Notes: generated by a model not told the origin, from the letters alone. A stretch of DNA of 64,000 nt from Octopus sinensis (GCF_006345805.1 NC_042998.1:8122001-8186000), one strand, 5' to 3'; counted from the first letter of the stretch, positions 1 to 13,666 are shown. Translations and numbers: made by a program.

Positions 1-163
1 GCACATTATTATTTATTTATAAGCATCAAAGTGTCAAATTCTAGTCCCACATGATACATAATATGTTAACCATCCATATCAATATAGTCATTTCACAGAA
101 TTGAGAGAGGCTCATATTAAGGGCTATGAGAATAGCAACAGGACATCTTATTTTTTAAAATTT

Positions 164-574
164 GGATCTTTTCGGTTTGAACGGCAGTTTTTAAAAATAT
201 TTTCCACGTAACTAAACACTTTTAAACTTCGTATACTGATAGAATGTGTTTATAAAACATCTTTTTCTCTGGACTTTATTGAGAAAATTCTATAGTTTGT
301 AAGATATTTATTGTTTTTTTCTTCAATTTCTGCAATTTCAACCAATCAATGACTGTCTATTGAGGTGAAAACATTCTGTGCCGTATGAATATGTCCCTCG
401 TTTAAGAAACAGATTGGGTTTATTTACATTTCTGAAGAAAAAAAGATACCCACCCCCCCACCCCTAACCCTGAAACAGATTGAAATGCAATAGATCGATA
501 CTAGGGTCATAATTATGGGTGACAATTCCATATGACACCGCTAGAAAAAAATGCCGTTCAAACCGAAAAGATCC
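164..574 (+). mobile_element. MITE (about 410 bp) with 8-bp TSD, Merlin/hAT-like; copy 1
   Basis: TIRs GGATCTTTTCGGTTTGAACGGCA ... TGCCGTTCAAACCGAAAAGATCC; TAAAATTT duplicated at 156-163 and 575-582. Confidence 0.88.
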
Positions 575-1072
575 TAAAATTTTATTGCAATAAATAAAAT
601 TTAACTACAACACAATAAGCTAGGAATGTTTGTTATAGTAGTGTGTTTATACTTTATCATGGTACTAGACAAGCACGCAGTCGAAATGCTGATTGACGTT
701 TGTGAATATTTTAACCTTAAATTTATTGATATAATATTTATATACAAGCCCACGCAAGAAATATTTCATACATTCTTTTCCTTAATAAAATATGGTCACG
801 GTCTGATTCTGGCCTGACGTTCAAAGTTACAATGAATTAGAAAGTTACATGCGTGAAGTAACTCACGTAAAGATAAAAATAACAGTCGAGACAGATTTGT
901 ATACAGTCATTATTTTTACGCGTGCACAATTACGCTTATTGTATATATATATTTTATAGCATTACATAAAGCTTTGGTAACTTGTGTTATTTTCAAACTT
1001 CTACGTCGTCCTAATCGTAAACCACTATATCATCCTGCTTAAAATATCATTCCGGAAATGATATAAAGAAAA

Positions 1073-1504
1073 GGATCTTTTTCGGTTTGAACAGCAGTTT
1101 TTTCTAGCGGTGCCATATGAATTTGTCACCCATAATTATGACCCTAGTATCGATCTATTGCATTTCAATCTACTTTAGGGTTAGGGTTAGTTAGGGTTAG
1201 GCTAAGGGGTGGGGGAAGGGTATCTTTTTTTCTTCCCAAATGTAAATAAACCCAATCTGTTTCTTAAACGAGGCACATATTCATACGGCACAGAATGTTT
1301 TCACCTAAATAGACGTCTTTGATTGGTTGAAATTGCAGAAATTGAAGAAAAAAACAACAAATATCTTACAAACTATAGAATTTTCTCAATAAAGCCAAGA
1401 GAAAAAGATGTTTTATAAACACATTCTACCAGTATACGAAGTTTAAAAGTGTTTAATTACGTGGAAATTATTTTAAAAAACTGCCGTTCAAACCGAAAAG
1501 ATCC
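1073..1504 (-). mobile_element. Same MITE family, copy 2 (inverted relative to copy 1)
   Basis: Same TIRs; TSD AAAGAAAA at 1065-1072 and 1505-1512; internal TTAGGG-like tract at about 1175-1220. Confidence 0.88.
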
Positions 1505-1554
1505 AAAGAAAATTTTAAGGAAATCATATCGGCTATATTTCAAGTTGATTTACT

Positions 1555-1780
1555 TATTTCTTTATTGCCCACAAGGGGCTAAACATAGAGGGGACAAACA
1601 AGGACAGACAAACGGATTAAGTCGATAATATCGACCCCAATGGTACTTATTTAATCCACCCCGAAAGGATGAAAGGAAAAGTCGACCTCGGTGGAATTTG
1701 AACTCAGAACCTAACGGTGGACGAAATACGGCTATGCATTTCGCCCGGCGTGCTAACGTTTCTGCCAGCTCGCTGCCTTA
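1555..1780 (-). mobile_element. tRNA-derived SINE family A (head GGCGAGCTGGCAGAA), full length
   Basis: A-box-like TGGCAGAAACGTT and B-box-like GTTCAAATTCC on minus strand; 14-bp TSD CAAGTTGATTTACT at 1541-1554 and 1781-1794. Confidence 0.88.
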
Positions 1781-3296
1781 CAAGTTGATTTACTATTCAG
1801 GTGTCTTGCTGTCCGTCTGTCTGTCTATCTACGTGTTTGTGTGTCTTGACAGACTTATAGCTGGGGGTAAGCAGAAACTGCCAGGTCACTGTCAACCTTC
1901 GCCTTATGAAAATTAATAAGTATGTAACCCACTAAAATGTGTTGATTAACCTTTCAGTTTAATAATAAATAGGGTTTATGAATAACCTAACATAAAAACA
2001 ATCATTACCATGTGTGTATGTATACACAGACACATACGCACACACATATATATACGTTTTGCAAGATTCTTGATGTGAATTCGTTTGTTGAAACAGATAT
2101 TGTTGTATTTGGGGACGGTCATGTTGCCAGTTTAGCCAATGAAAATACACGCACCGTATATTTGGTGTTCACTTGCTTCAGTTTTATTTTAATTGTATTT
2201 CGGCCCAGAGTTCTTTCTTCACACATCTGTGACCTCATCAGTGGTCCTTTGCTTTCTTCTTTCGTTTTTGTGTCTCTCCTTCCTAACGATCTGCCATTTT
2301 GTATTCCCGCTGTATGTGTCTTTATATGTGTTTGCGTATATCCATGTGAGGCTTTATTTGCGCATGCGTATATCCCTCTGTGTGTATATGTTTAGTGTGT
2401 GTGTGAGAATGTGTATGGTATCTGCATCATCAGTATCCTCTGTTTATTCACACTCGTTTAATTTATTTTTATTTATTTTATTCAGTTATCTTATCTACTT
2501 TTTTCATTTCTTTCTTTTTTGAATTAATTTAATTTAAATTAATTTATTTTACTTTGTTTATATATATATATAATTATTTAATTCCATTTATTCATCTGTC
2601 CATTGTATTAGTTTCATATTAATATTAGTTTATGGGAATCTTATTTTGTCATAGGTTGTGGTGTGTGGGGGTGGGAGTGCTAGTGTTTTATTCTAGTTTC
2701 TATTTAGACTAGATTTATCTTCTATTGTGTGTGTAGCTTCCATAATTTGTCTATGCGTTGCGTCTGTTATATGTGTGAGCCACCTTAAAATGTTCAATTG
2801 GGGAGGACATACAAAGACTATGTAAACGTTTGATTAAGGATAGGAGATTATTCCATAGACTGTGCTACAATCTTTCAATAGAAATAAAACATTGCAACAG
2901 TAACGATATATAGTTAGTGTTAGCACATTTAATGAAGAGAGTATTAAAAAATCTAATCTAAAATTATTATACTGTGAGAAAAACGCAGCATTACTCTAAC
3001 GACATATCTGTTTAATCATGTCAGCAACATTGTTGAAATTTGTGACAAGTAAAAACCTTTTCACATAGTTCAAATATTTTCAAACTTCATGGAGGTACGG
3101 AAAGATTTGACAAATAATTCTTTCTTACAATGAAACCTATTAAACATATGACCTAAGGATTTCGATGTTAATAATCGGAAAAACACTCCAATTAAATATT
3201 GGTCTGGAGTAAATGTGGGTGGGAACTAAATAGAATAGGTAGGCGAAGTAAATCATTACTGAAAACACTTTGCAAGGTTAATTAAGTGCTATTCCA

Positions 3297-3719
3297 GGAT
3301 CTTTTCGGTTCGAACGGCAGTTTTTTTAACATAATTTCTAGGTAACTAAACATTTTTAAACTTCGTATTCTGATAGAATGTGTTTATAAAACATATTTTT
3401 CTCTTGGCTTTATTGAGAAAATTCTATAGTTTGTAAGATATTTGTTATTTTTTTTCTTCAATTCCTGCAATTTCAACCAATCAATGACCGTCTATTGAGG
3501 GGAAAAGAATCTCTGCCGTATGAAAATGTCTCTCGTTTAAGAAACAGATTGGGTTTATTTACATTTCTGAAGAAAACAAGATACCCTTCCCCCACCCCTA
3601 ACCAACCCTAACTAACCCTAACCCTAAAACAGATTGAAATGCAATAGATCGATACTAGAGTCATAATTATGGGTGACAATTTCATGACACCGCTAGAAAA
3701 AACTGCCGTTCAAACCGAA
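3297..3719 (+). mobile_element. Same MITE family, copy 3 (right TIR truncated)
   Basis: Left TIR GGATCTTTTCGGTTCGAACGGCAG; body matches copy 1; ends AACTGCCGTTCAAACCGAA; internal CCCTAA tract. Confidence 0.85.
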
Positions 3720-4547
3720 TATTCTGGAGCACTTATTAAGCGCAGCGTAAATAAAAATACAACTGTATTTGCCAGAGGATTGCTGTTTTAATTTTTAGTT
3801 AGGCATTTCGAACAGGGTTAATTTACTTACAATCTATCTTAATTTCAAGCTCCAATGCAAAAAAGGCGGTAGCCTTTGGAATGCCGGGTGTATAGAAGAA
3901 TAAATATGTAATAAATAATCTTTGATATTCTGACCTTCTTTTTTTTTAAATAGATTCTGAAAAAACAATTTTGTCTTCTTTGAGAAAGCATCGCTGTAAG
4001 AAAATAACCTTGCTGAAACAGAGAAGATGAAATTACAGTTTCTAAGCCTTTTGCTTGATAACAAACAGATTAATGATTAGCTAGAACAGTAAACAAGATA
4101 ATGGAAACCTCTCTGCGTATATCTGTTTGGCATTTAATTAGAAACATCTAAATTCTTTGATGACGAAACATTTTTTCATAATTTCGAATGCTATCTTTAA
4201 GTTATGCAAATTGTAAAAGCTCTTTGAAAATGGATGAAAATTAATTTAACCCAATATGCGTGACAAACTATGCACTGCAGACACAAATATGCTGGTTGAC
4301 AAAATATTTTCCTGTGAGATAAATTATCTTTATTTACATCTTACATATTTTAGATTCTCGCAATAGAAAAAAAGTTGCTCTTCATACATAGATTCATCAC
4401 TTAATCTGACCTACACTAATTTCTGTAGATTCGATTTAAATGCATTATCTGTATAACATATACAAGGCGGATCAAAATTACATCGTCTTAGAGAATATAG
4501 TGCTATTTCTGATATAGTGAGCGCAGTATATCTACAATGAAAGGCGT

Positions 4548-5256
4548 CTGTCTTTACGTTCTGAATTCAAATTCCGCCGAGGTCGACTTTGCTTTTCATC
4601 CTTTCGGGGTCGATAAATTAAGTACCAGTTGCGTACTAGGGTCGATCTAATCGAGTGCCCCATCCCTCCAAATTTCGGGCATTGTGCCTAGAGTAAAAAA
4701 GAAACGTTAGCACACTGGCTGAAATGCTTACCGGTATTTCGTCTGCCGTTACGTTCTGAGTTCAAATTCCGCCGAGGACGACTTTGCCTTTCATCCTTTC
4801 GGGATCGATTAAATAACGACCAGTTACGCACTGGGGTCGATATAATCGACTTAATCCGCGTGTCTGTCCTTGTTTGTCCTCTCTGTGGGTAGTAAAGAAA
4901 TAGGTATTTCGCCTGTCTTTACGTTCCGAGTTCAAATTCCGCCGAGGACGACTTTACCTTTCATCCTTTCGGGGTCGATTAAATAACGACCAGTTACGCA
5001 CTGAGATCGATATAATCGACTTAATCCGTGTATCTGTCCTTGTTTGTTTCTATGTGTTTAGCTCCTTATGGTTAGTAAAGAAATAGGTATTTCGCCTGCC
5101 TTTACGTTCCGAGTTCAAGTTCCACCGAGGTCGACTTTGCTTTTCATCCTTTCGGAATCAATAAATTAAGTACCAGTTGCGTACTGAGGTCGATCTAATC
5201 GACTGGTCCCCCCCCCCTCAAAAATGTCGGGTCTTATGCCTAAAGTGGAAAAGAAT
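4548..5256 (+). mobile_element. Head-to-tail cluster of four SINE family A bodies
   Basis: Four repeats of TTACGTTC(T/C)GAGTTCAAATTCCGCCGAGG...TTTCATCCTTTCGG; two alternative tails. Confidence 0.85.
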
Positions 5257-6016
5257 GTTTACAATCTTTTAAATTTCAGGATTTATAGAAGCTTTGGAAA
5301 CAGCTATTTTGCATAGCAATGCTATGTTCAAACAATGAAAATCAAAGAACACAATAGGTTTTATTTTAAGCTCACACTGTTTATTAACAGAATTTCTTAG
5401 CTCAGTGTTTGTTATCTTTACACTTCAGTTCTTTGTTCATGTTTGTTTCATGGTAAGTGAAAATATGATTTCAACATTAAATGCCTAGGCTATTCATACG
5501 ATTCGTAATCCTTCGCTAAAAATAGTGCATTTTCTAAGAGCTTTTATAAGTAACTGAACTAAAAGATAACATTCCGTTACTTTTCAAAACATGCTTGACC
5601 TCTCTAAAGAGTTTTGTGCATCTTTGCAGCCAGTGTTACACATCTTTAAAATATGATAGAGATGCAATCGCAGAAAATTAAAGTGTGACAATATCATGCA
5701 CACTATATTTATGCTGTTTAAAAAGAGCCATATTGTTACACCACTATCTACTTATCAATTTGTCTACGGCTCTGTCTGTCTGGCTATCTATTTCTCTGTC
5801 TCCTTCCCCGATCTCTTTCCCTTTCTCTCTCTCTCTCCTCTCTCTCTTTCTCTTTCTGTATATATGCGTGTGTGTGTGTGCGCGCGTGTTTCTGTGTATG
5901 AATATATACATAATATATTTATATATACACATATGCACATTTACACACACATATGCGTATAAATATATGTATATATATATTGTATACATACATATATATA
6001 TATATATATATAATAT

Positions 6017-9000
6017 AAAATAAATATAAGAGAGTGGTCACTATATGGCTCACTCTAGCACCAGTTAATCCAAAAGGTTTCAACCACTAAAAATACATGT
6101 TTCCCATGAAAGTCAGTACGACTGTTAGCTCACACGGACAGGGCAAATAAAAAATAACAAAATACAGATTATTTTGGGACAATTGTTTCGCTATTAATGA
6201 ATTAATGTAATTTTACTTACAAAAAAATCCACTTGTAGCTCATCGGCCAAAACTATCTGGATGAAATCCACTCAATCACACGCCAGATTTTACCATAACG
6301 ATAAATACGCGTGTGGTTCAATTGATTACATCCGACGTTATAATTCAAATGCCCCAACCAACAGCGCGCCAAACCCTCACGGAAAACAAATACAGCATTT
6401 AGAAATAAATGCAGCACAATTATAATTAATTAATAAGGGTGAGAGAATTAGATACCAATTTAATAGTACATCCATTCAACACAAGTGGCCTAGTGCTCCG
6501 AGAAACCTGGATTATTATAATATTTTATAATATATTATAATATTTTTACAAAATAAATATAAGAGAGTGGTCACTATATGGCTCACTCTAGCACCAGTTA
6601 ATCCAAAAGGTTTCAACCACTAAAAATACATGTTTCCCATGAAAGTCAGTACGACTGTTAGCTCACACGGACAGGGCAAATAAAAAATAACAAAATACAG
6701 ATTATTTTGGGACAATTGTTTCGCTATTAATGAATTAAATGTAATTTTACTTACAAAAAAATCCACTTGTAGCTCATCGGCCAAAACTATCTGGATGAAA
6801 TCCACTCAATCACACGCCAGATTTTACCATAACGATAAATACGCGTGTGGTTCAATTGATTACATCCGACGTTATAATTCAAATGCCCCACCAACAGCGC
6901 GCCAAACCCTCACGGAAAACAAATACAGCATTTAGAAATAAATGCAGCACAATTATAATTAATTAATAAGGGTGAGAGAATTAGATACCAATTAATAGTA
7001 CATCCATTCAACACCAGTGGCCTAGTGCTCCGAGAAACCTGGATTATTATAATATTTTATAATATATTATAATATTTTTACAAAATAATATAAGAGAGTG
7101 GTCACTATATGGCTCACTCTAGCACCAGTTAATCCAAAAGGTTTCAACCACTAAAAAATACATGTTTCCCATGAAAGTCAGTACGACTGTTAGCTCACAC
7201 GGACAGGGCAAATAAAAAATAACAAAATACAGATTATTTTGGGACAATTGTTTCGCTATTAATGAATTAAATGTAATTTTACTTACAAAAAAATCCACTT
7301 GTAGCTCATCGGCCAAAACTATCTGGATGAAATCCACTCAATCACACGCCAGATTTTACCATAACGATAAATACGCGTGTGGTTCAATTGATTACATCCG
7401 ACGTTATATTCAAATGCCCCAACCAACAGCGCGCCAAACCCTCACGGAAAACAAATACAGCATTTAGAAATAAATGCAGCACAATTATAATTAATTAATA
7501 AGGGTGAGAGAATTAGATACCAATTTAATAGTACATCCATTCAACCCAAGTGGCCTAGTGCTCCGAGAAACCTGGATTATTATAATATTTTATAATATAT
7601 TATAATATTTTTACAAAATAAATATAAGAGAGTGGTCACTATATGGCTCACTCTAGCACCAGTTAATCCAAAAGGTTTCAACCACTAAAAATACATGTTT
7701 CCCATGAAAGTCAGTACGACTGTTAGCTCACACGGACAGGGCAAATAAAAAATAACAAAATACAGATTATTTTGGGACAATTGTTTCGCTATTAATGAAT
7801 TAAATGTAATTTTACTTACAAAAAAATCCACTTGTAGCTCATCGGCCAAAACTATCTGGATGAAATCCACTCAATCACACGCCAGATTTTACCATAACGA
7901 TAAATACGCGTGTGGTTCAATTGATTACATCCGACGTTATAATTCAAATGCCCCAACCAACAGCGCGCCAAACCCTCACGGAAAACAAATACAGCATTTA
8001 GAAATAAATGCAGCACAATTATAATTAATTAATAAGGGTGAGAGAATTAGATACCAATTTAATAGTACATCCATTCAACACCAAGTGGCCTAGTGCTCCG
8101 AGAAACCTGGATTATTATAATATTTTATAATATTTTATAATATTTTTACAAAATAAATATAAGAGAGTGGTCACTATATGGCTCACTCTAGCACCAGTTA
8201 ATCCAAAAGGTTTCAACCACTAAAAAAATACATGTTTCCCATGAAAGTCAGTACGACTGTTAGCTCACACGGACAGGGCAAATAAAAAATAACAAAATAC
8301 AGATTATTTTGGGACAATTGTTTCGCTATTAATGAATTAAATGTAATTTTACTTACAAAAAAATCCACTTGTAGCTCATCGGCCAAAACTATCTGGATGA
8401 AATCCACTCAATCACACGCCAGATTTTACCATAACGATAAATACGCATATAGTGACCACTCTCTTATATTTATTTTGTAAAAATATTATAATATATTATA
8501 AAATATTATAATAATCCAGGTTTCTCGGAGCACTAGGCCACTTGGTGTTGAATGGATGTACTATTAAATTGGTATCTAATTCTCTCACCCTTATTAATTA
8601 ATATAATTGTGCTGCATTTATTTCTAAATGCTGTATTTGTTTTCCGTGAGGGTTTGGCGCGCTGTTGGTTGGGGCATTTGAATTATAACGTCGGATGTAA
8701 TCAATTGAACCACACGCGTATTTATCGTTATGGTAAAATCTGGCGTGTGATTGAGTGGATTTCATCCAGATAGTTTTGGCCGATGAGCTACAAGTGGATT
8801 TTTTTGTAAGTAAAATTACATTTAATTCATTAATAGCGAAACAATTGTCCCAAAATAATCTGTATTTTGTTATTTTTTATTTGCCCTGTCCGTGTGAGCT
8901 AACAGTCGTACTGACTTTCATGGGAAACATGTATTTTTAGTGGTTGAAACCTTTTGGATTAACTGGTGCTAGAGTGAGCCATATAGTGACCACTCTCTTA

Positions 9001-11788
9001 TATTTATTTTGTAAAAATATTATAATATATTATAAAATATTATAATAATCCAGGTTTCTCGGAGCACTAGGCCACTTGGTGTTGAATGGATGTACTATTA
9101 AATTGGTATCTAATTCTCTCACCCTTATTAATTAATTATAATTGTGCTGCATTTATTTCTAAATGCTGTATTTGTTTTCCGTGAGGGTTTGGCGCGCTGT
9201 TGGTTGGGGCATTTGAATTATAACGTCGGATGTAATCAATTGAACCACACGCGTATTTATCGTTATGGTAAAATCTGGCGTGTGATTGAGTGGATTTCAT
9301 CCAGTAGTTTTGGCCGATGAGCTACAATGGATTTTTTTGTAAGTAAAATACATTTAATTCATTAATAGCGAAACAATTGTCCCAAAATAATCTGTATTTT
9401 GTTATTTTTTATTTGCCCTGTCCGTGTGAGCTAACAGTCGTACTGACTTTCATGGGAAACATGTATTTTTAGTGGTTGAAACCTTTTGGATTAACTGGTG
9501 CTAGAGTGAGCCATATAGTGACCACTCTCTTATATATTTTGTAAAAATATATAATATATTATAAAATATTATAATAATCCAGGTTTCTCGGAGCACTAGG
9601 CCACTTGGTGTTGAATGGATGTACTATTAAATTGGTATCTAATTCTCTCACCCTTATTAATTAATTATAATTGTGCTGCATTTATTTCTAAATGCTGTAT
9701 TTGTTTTCCGTGAGGGTTTGGCGCGCTGTTGGTTGGGGCATTTGAATTATAACGTCGGATGTAATCATTGAACCACACGCGTATTTATCGTTATGGTAAA
9801 ATCTGGCGTGTGATTGAGTGGATTTCATCCAGATAGTTTTGGCCGATGAGCTACAAGTGATTTTTTTGTAAGTAAAATTACATTTAATTCATTAATAGCG
9901 AAACAATTGTCCCAAAATAATCTGTATTTTGTTATTTTTTATTTGCCCTGTCCGTGTGAGCTAACAGTCGTACTGACTTCATGGGAAACATGTATTTTTA
10001 GTGGTTGAAACCTTTTGGATTAACTGGTGCTAGAGTGAGCCATATAGTGACCACTCTCTTATATTTATTTTGTAAAAATATTATAATATATTATAAAATA
10101 TTATAATAATCCAGGTTTCTCGGAGCACTAGGCCACTTGGTGTTGAATGGATGTACTATTAAATTGGTATCTAATTCTCTCACCTTATTAATTAATTATA
10201 ATTGTGCTGCATTTATTTCTAAATGCTGTATTTGTTTTCCGTGAGGGTTTGGCGCGCTGTTGGTTGGGGCATTTGAATTATAACGTCGGATGTAATCAAT
10301 TGAACCACACGCGTATTTATCGTTATGGTAAAATCTGGCGTGTGATTGAGTGGATTTCATCCAGATAGTTTTGGCCGATGAGCTACAAGTGGATTTTTTT
10401 GTAAGTAAAATTACATTTAATTCATTAATAGCGAAACAATTGTCCCAAAATAATCTGTATTTTGTTATTTTTTATTTGCCCTGTCCGTGTGAGCTAACAG
10501 TCGTACTGACTTTCATGGGAAACATGTATTTTTAGTGGTTGAAACCTTTTGGATTAACTGGTGCTAGAGTGAGCCATATAGTGACCACTCTCTTATATTT
10601 ATTTTGTAAAAATATTATAATATATTATAAAATATTATAATAATCCAAGTTTCTCGGAGCACTAGGCCACTTGGTGTTGAATGGATGTACTATTAAATTG
10701 GTATCTAATTCTCTCACCCTTATTAATTAATTATAATTGTGCTGCATTTATTTCAAATGCTGTATTTGTTTTCGTGAGGGTTTGGCGCGCTGTTGGTTGG
10801 GGCATTTGAATTATAACGTCGGATGTAATCAATTGAACCACACGCGTATTTATCGTTATGGTAAAATCTGGCGTGTGATTGAGTGGATTTCATCCAGATA
10901 GTTTTGGCCGATGAGCTACAAGTGGATTTTTTTGTAAGTAAAATTACATTTAATTCATTAATAGCGAAACAATTGTCCAAAATAATCTGTATTTTGTTAT
11001 TTTTTATTTGCCCTGTCCGTGTGAGCTAACAGTCGTACTGACTTTCATGGGAAACATGTATTTTTAGTGGTTGAAACCTTTTGGATTAACTGGTGCTAGA
11101 GTGAGCCATATAGTGACCACTCTCTTATATTTATTTTGTAAAAATATTATAATATATTATAAAATATTATAATAATCCAGGTTTCTCGGAGCACTAGGCC
11201 ACTGGTGTTGAATGGAGTACTATTAAATTGGTATCTAATTCTCTCACCCTTATTAATTATTATAATTGTGCTGCATTTATTTCTAAATGCTGTATTTGTT
11301 TTCCGTGGGGTTTGGCGCGCTGTTGGTTGGGGCATTTGAATTATAACGTCGGATGTAATCAATTGAACCACACGCGTATTTATCGTTATGGTAAAATCTG
11401 GCGTGTGATTGAGTGGATTTCATCCAGATAGTTTTGGCCGATGAGCTACAAGTGGATTTTTTTGTAAGTAAAATTACATTAATTCATTAATAGCGAAACA
11501 ATTGTCCCAAAATAATCTGTATTTTGTTATTTTTTATTTGCCCTGTCCGTGTGAGCTAACAGTCGTACTGACTTTCATGGGAAACATGTATTTTTAGTGG
11601 TTGAAACCTTTTGGATTAACTGGTGCTAGAGTGAGCCATATAGTGACCACTCTCTTATATTTATTTTGTAAAAATATTATAATATATTATAAAATATTAT
11701 AATAATCCAGGTTTCTCGGAGCACTAGGCCACTTGGTGTTGAATGGATATACTATTAAATTAGTATCTAATTCTCTCACCCTTATTAA

Positions 11789-11797
<9 letters not shown>
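6017..11797. repeat. Tandem array of about 533-bp HHR-containing unit with one internal inversion (about 4.6 units in 6017-8446, about 6.3 inverted units in 8447-11797); putative PLE-derived retrozyme
   Basis: TAAGAGAGTGG recurs at 6027, 6560, 7091, 7625, 8160; reverse-complement units from 8447; (TA)n on both sides. Confidence 0.93.
8767..8862 (+). ncRNA. Type I hammerhead ribozyme, representative of 11 copies (5 on minus, 6 on plus); U4C core variant
   Basis: Stem I CAGATAGTTTTGG/CCAAAATAATCTG; core CCGATGA 8780-8786; stem II GCTA/TAGC with long loop; GAAA 8838-8841; palindromic stem III A-CAATTG-T; GUC cleavage site after 8849. Confidence 0.78.
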
Positions 11798-11839
<42 letters not shown>

Positions 11840-11853
11840 GTATGTATGTATAT

Positions 11854-11884
<31 letters not shown>

Positions 11885-12157
11885 TAGCAATTTCCATGTA
11901 TATACATGTGTATGTGTGTGTGTATGTAATACACAGCTGTAACTTCTTCTAAAAGAAAGCGATTAATAAAATCTATAATGTCTAGACAATTCTTATAAAT
12001 TCTTATCTTAATATATTTTCATCAAAATGACGTTTACAAATTTCTTTTATTATTGAAGATTCATGTATGATCTTTAATCACAAAACTCATTTTTATGTAC
12101 TCCGATATTCGGCTCTCTCTCTCCCTCCCTCTACCTGTCTCTCTCTCTCTCTATCAG

Positions 12158-12159
<2 letters not shown>

Positions 12160-12208
<49 letters not shown>
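12160..12208. repeat. (TATC)n microsatellite
   Basis: Direct inspection. Confidence 0.9.
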
Positions 12209-13121
12209 GTCTATGTGTCACTTTCTCACTAGCGTTCTACCGATCTATTCAATCGTTTTCATTAAATATAAGAGATTATAAAGATTTTCTTTGAGTTGCT
12301 TTGAGAATATTTGAGAAACGTTTTACACTATATCTAGATATATCGAAATGAATGCCACTTCTTAGACAAACGTCTATGAAATATGAGTGCAGGAAAGTTA
12401 AAACACATTTCCTTCAAGCATTAACAGTCGCTAAACGTAATTTAGTGTAATCAACCGGTACAAGAAAGAGGTTCACCGACGCAGACGATATTTCAAAATA
12501 ATCCTTATAGTTCGCTTTTTAAAGTTTTTGAAAACGATCAACCTAAAATAAATTTTAGCGAAACCCAAGGTAGAAAGGCAGATTCAAAGTAAGGACCAAT
12601 GAAGCTTGTGAACATTGTATATTGGGGAGTTCAGATTTGTCAGATTAAATGATATTGTTTCCGCAAAAATGGTGAAACGAAACCATTTAACCAACAAATA
12701 AATTTGAGGTCAGTCCTATGCCAAAATTTTAAGAGCTCATACCCGTTTAAATAAGGGGTAATTCAAAAGTCTTATTGTTCACTATTTGCATGAATATATT
12801 ACTATTTAATTCCATAGTGGATTTACAAATTTCTGTCTGAGCTAATGTTTCATAGTCTGTAAAGATTCATATACTTGAGCTAATTTTAGTATATTCATTG
12901 AATCGAAATAAAATATCTTACGTTAAAAATTAGTAGCAATGGCTTATATTTGCACGTTAAATTGCAGAGAAAAGTACTTTTAGAGCATCCATGTCCACAT
13001 GGATACTCATGACAGTGAGTGTTGGTTAGCAAAGAAAAGTAACTAATCATAAATTTGTTAAATAATAAGAAGAAATATTCCCCAATAATCTAAATATTAA
13101 CCCAAAAGCATATTACGCGTG

Positions 13122-13246
<125 letters not shown>

Positions 13247-13250
13247 AATA

Positions 13251-13666
13251 GGCGTAGGTGTGGCTGTGTGATAAGAAGCTTACTTAAGAACCACATGGTT
13301 CCGAGTTCATTGCCACTGCGTGGCACTTTGGGCAAGTATCTTCTACTATAGCCTCGGGCCGACCAAAGTTTTGTGAGTGGATTTGATAGACGGAAATTGA
13401 AAGAAGCCCCTCGTATATATGTTTATATATATATGTGTGTATGTATGTGTGTATGTGTTGGTTTGTCTGTGTTTGTCCCCCCAACATCGCTTGACAACCG
13501 ATGCTGGTGTGTTTGCGTCCCCGTAACTCAGCGGTTGGACAAAAGAGACCGATAGAATAAGTACTAGGCTTACAAAGAATAAGTCCTGGGTCGATTTGCT
13601 CGACTAAAGGCGGTGCTTTAGCATAGCCACAGTCAAATGACTGAAACAAGTCAAAGAATAAAAGAG
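13251..13666 (+). mobile_element. tRNA-derived SINE family B (head GGCGCAGGAGTGGCTGTGTGG; internal TA/TG microsatellite; CR1-like tail)
   Basis: Colinear with copies at 24544, 27150 and 59224. Confidence 0.85.

Noticed and set aside
2185-2250. CTGATGA-GGTC..GGCC-GAAA on the minus strand
   Set aside because: Core and stem II are plausible, but no stem III, cleavage triplet or stem I partner could be formed; at most a decayed HHR.
6620-10535. Repeated 61-aa ORF MDFIQIVLADELQ in the 533-bp unit
   Set aside because: Starts at a non-ATG codon (GTG), is short, has no recognisable domain and is broken by indels in some copies; the RNA fold explains the sequence better.
11745-11765. Two G-to-A differences in the last partial unit of array 1 as a trace of A-to-I editing in retrocopied RNA
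   Set aside because: Two sites only; equally explained by ordinary mutation or consensus error.
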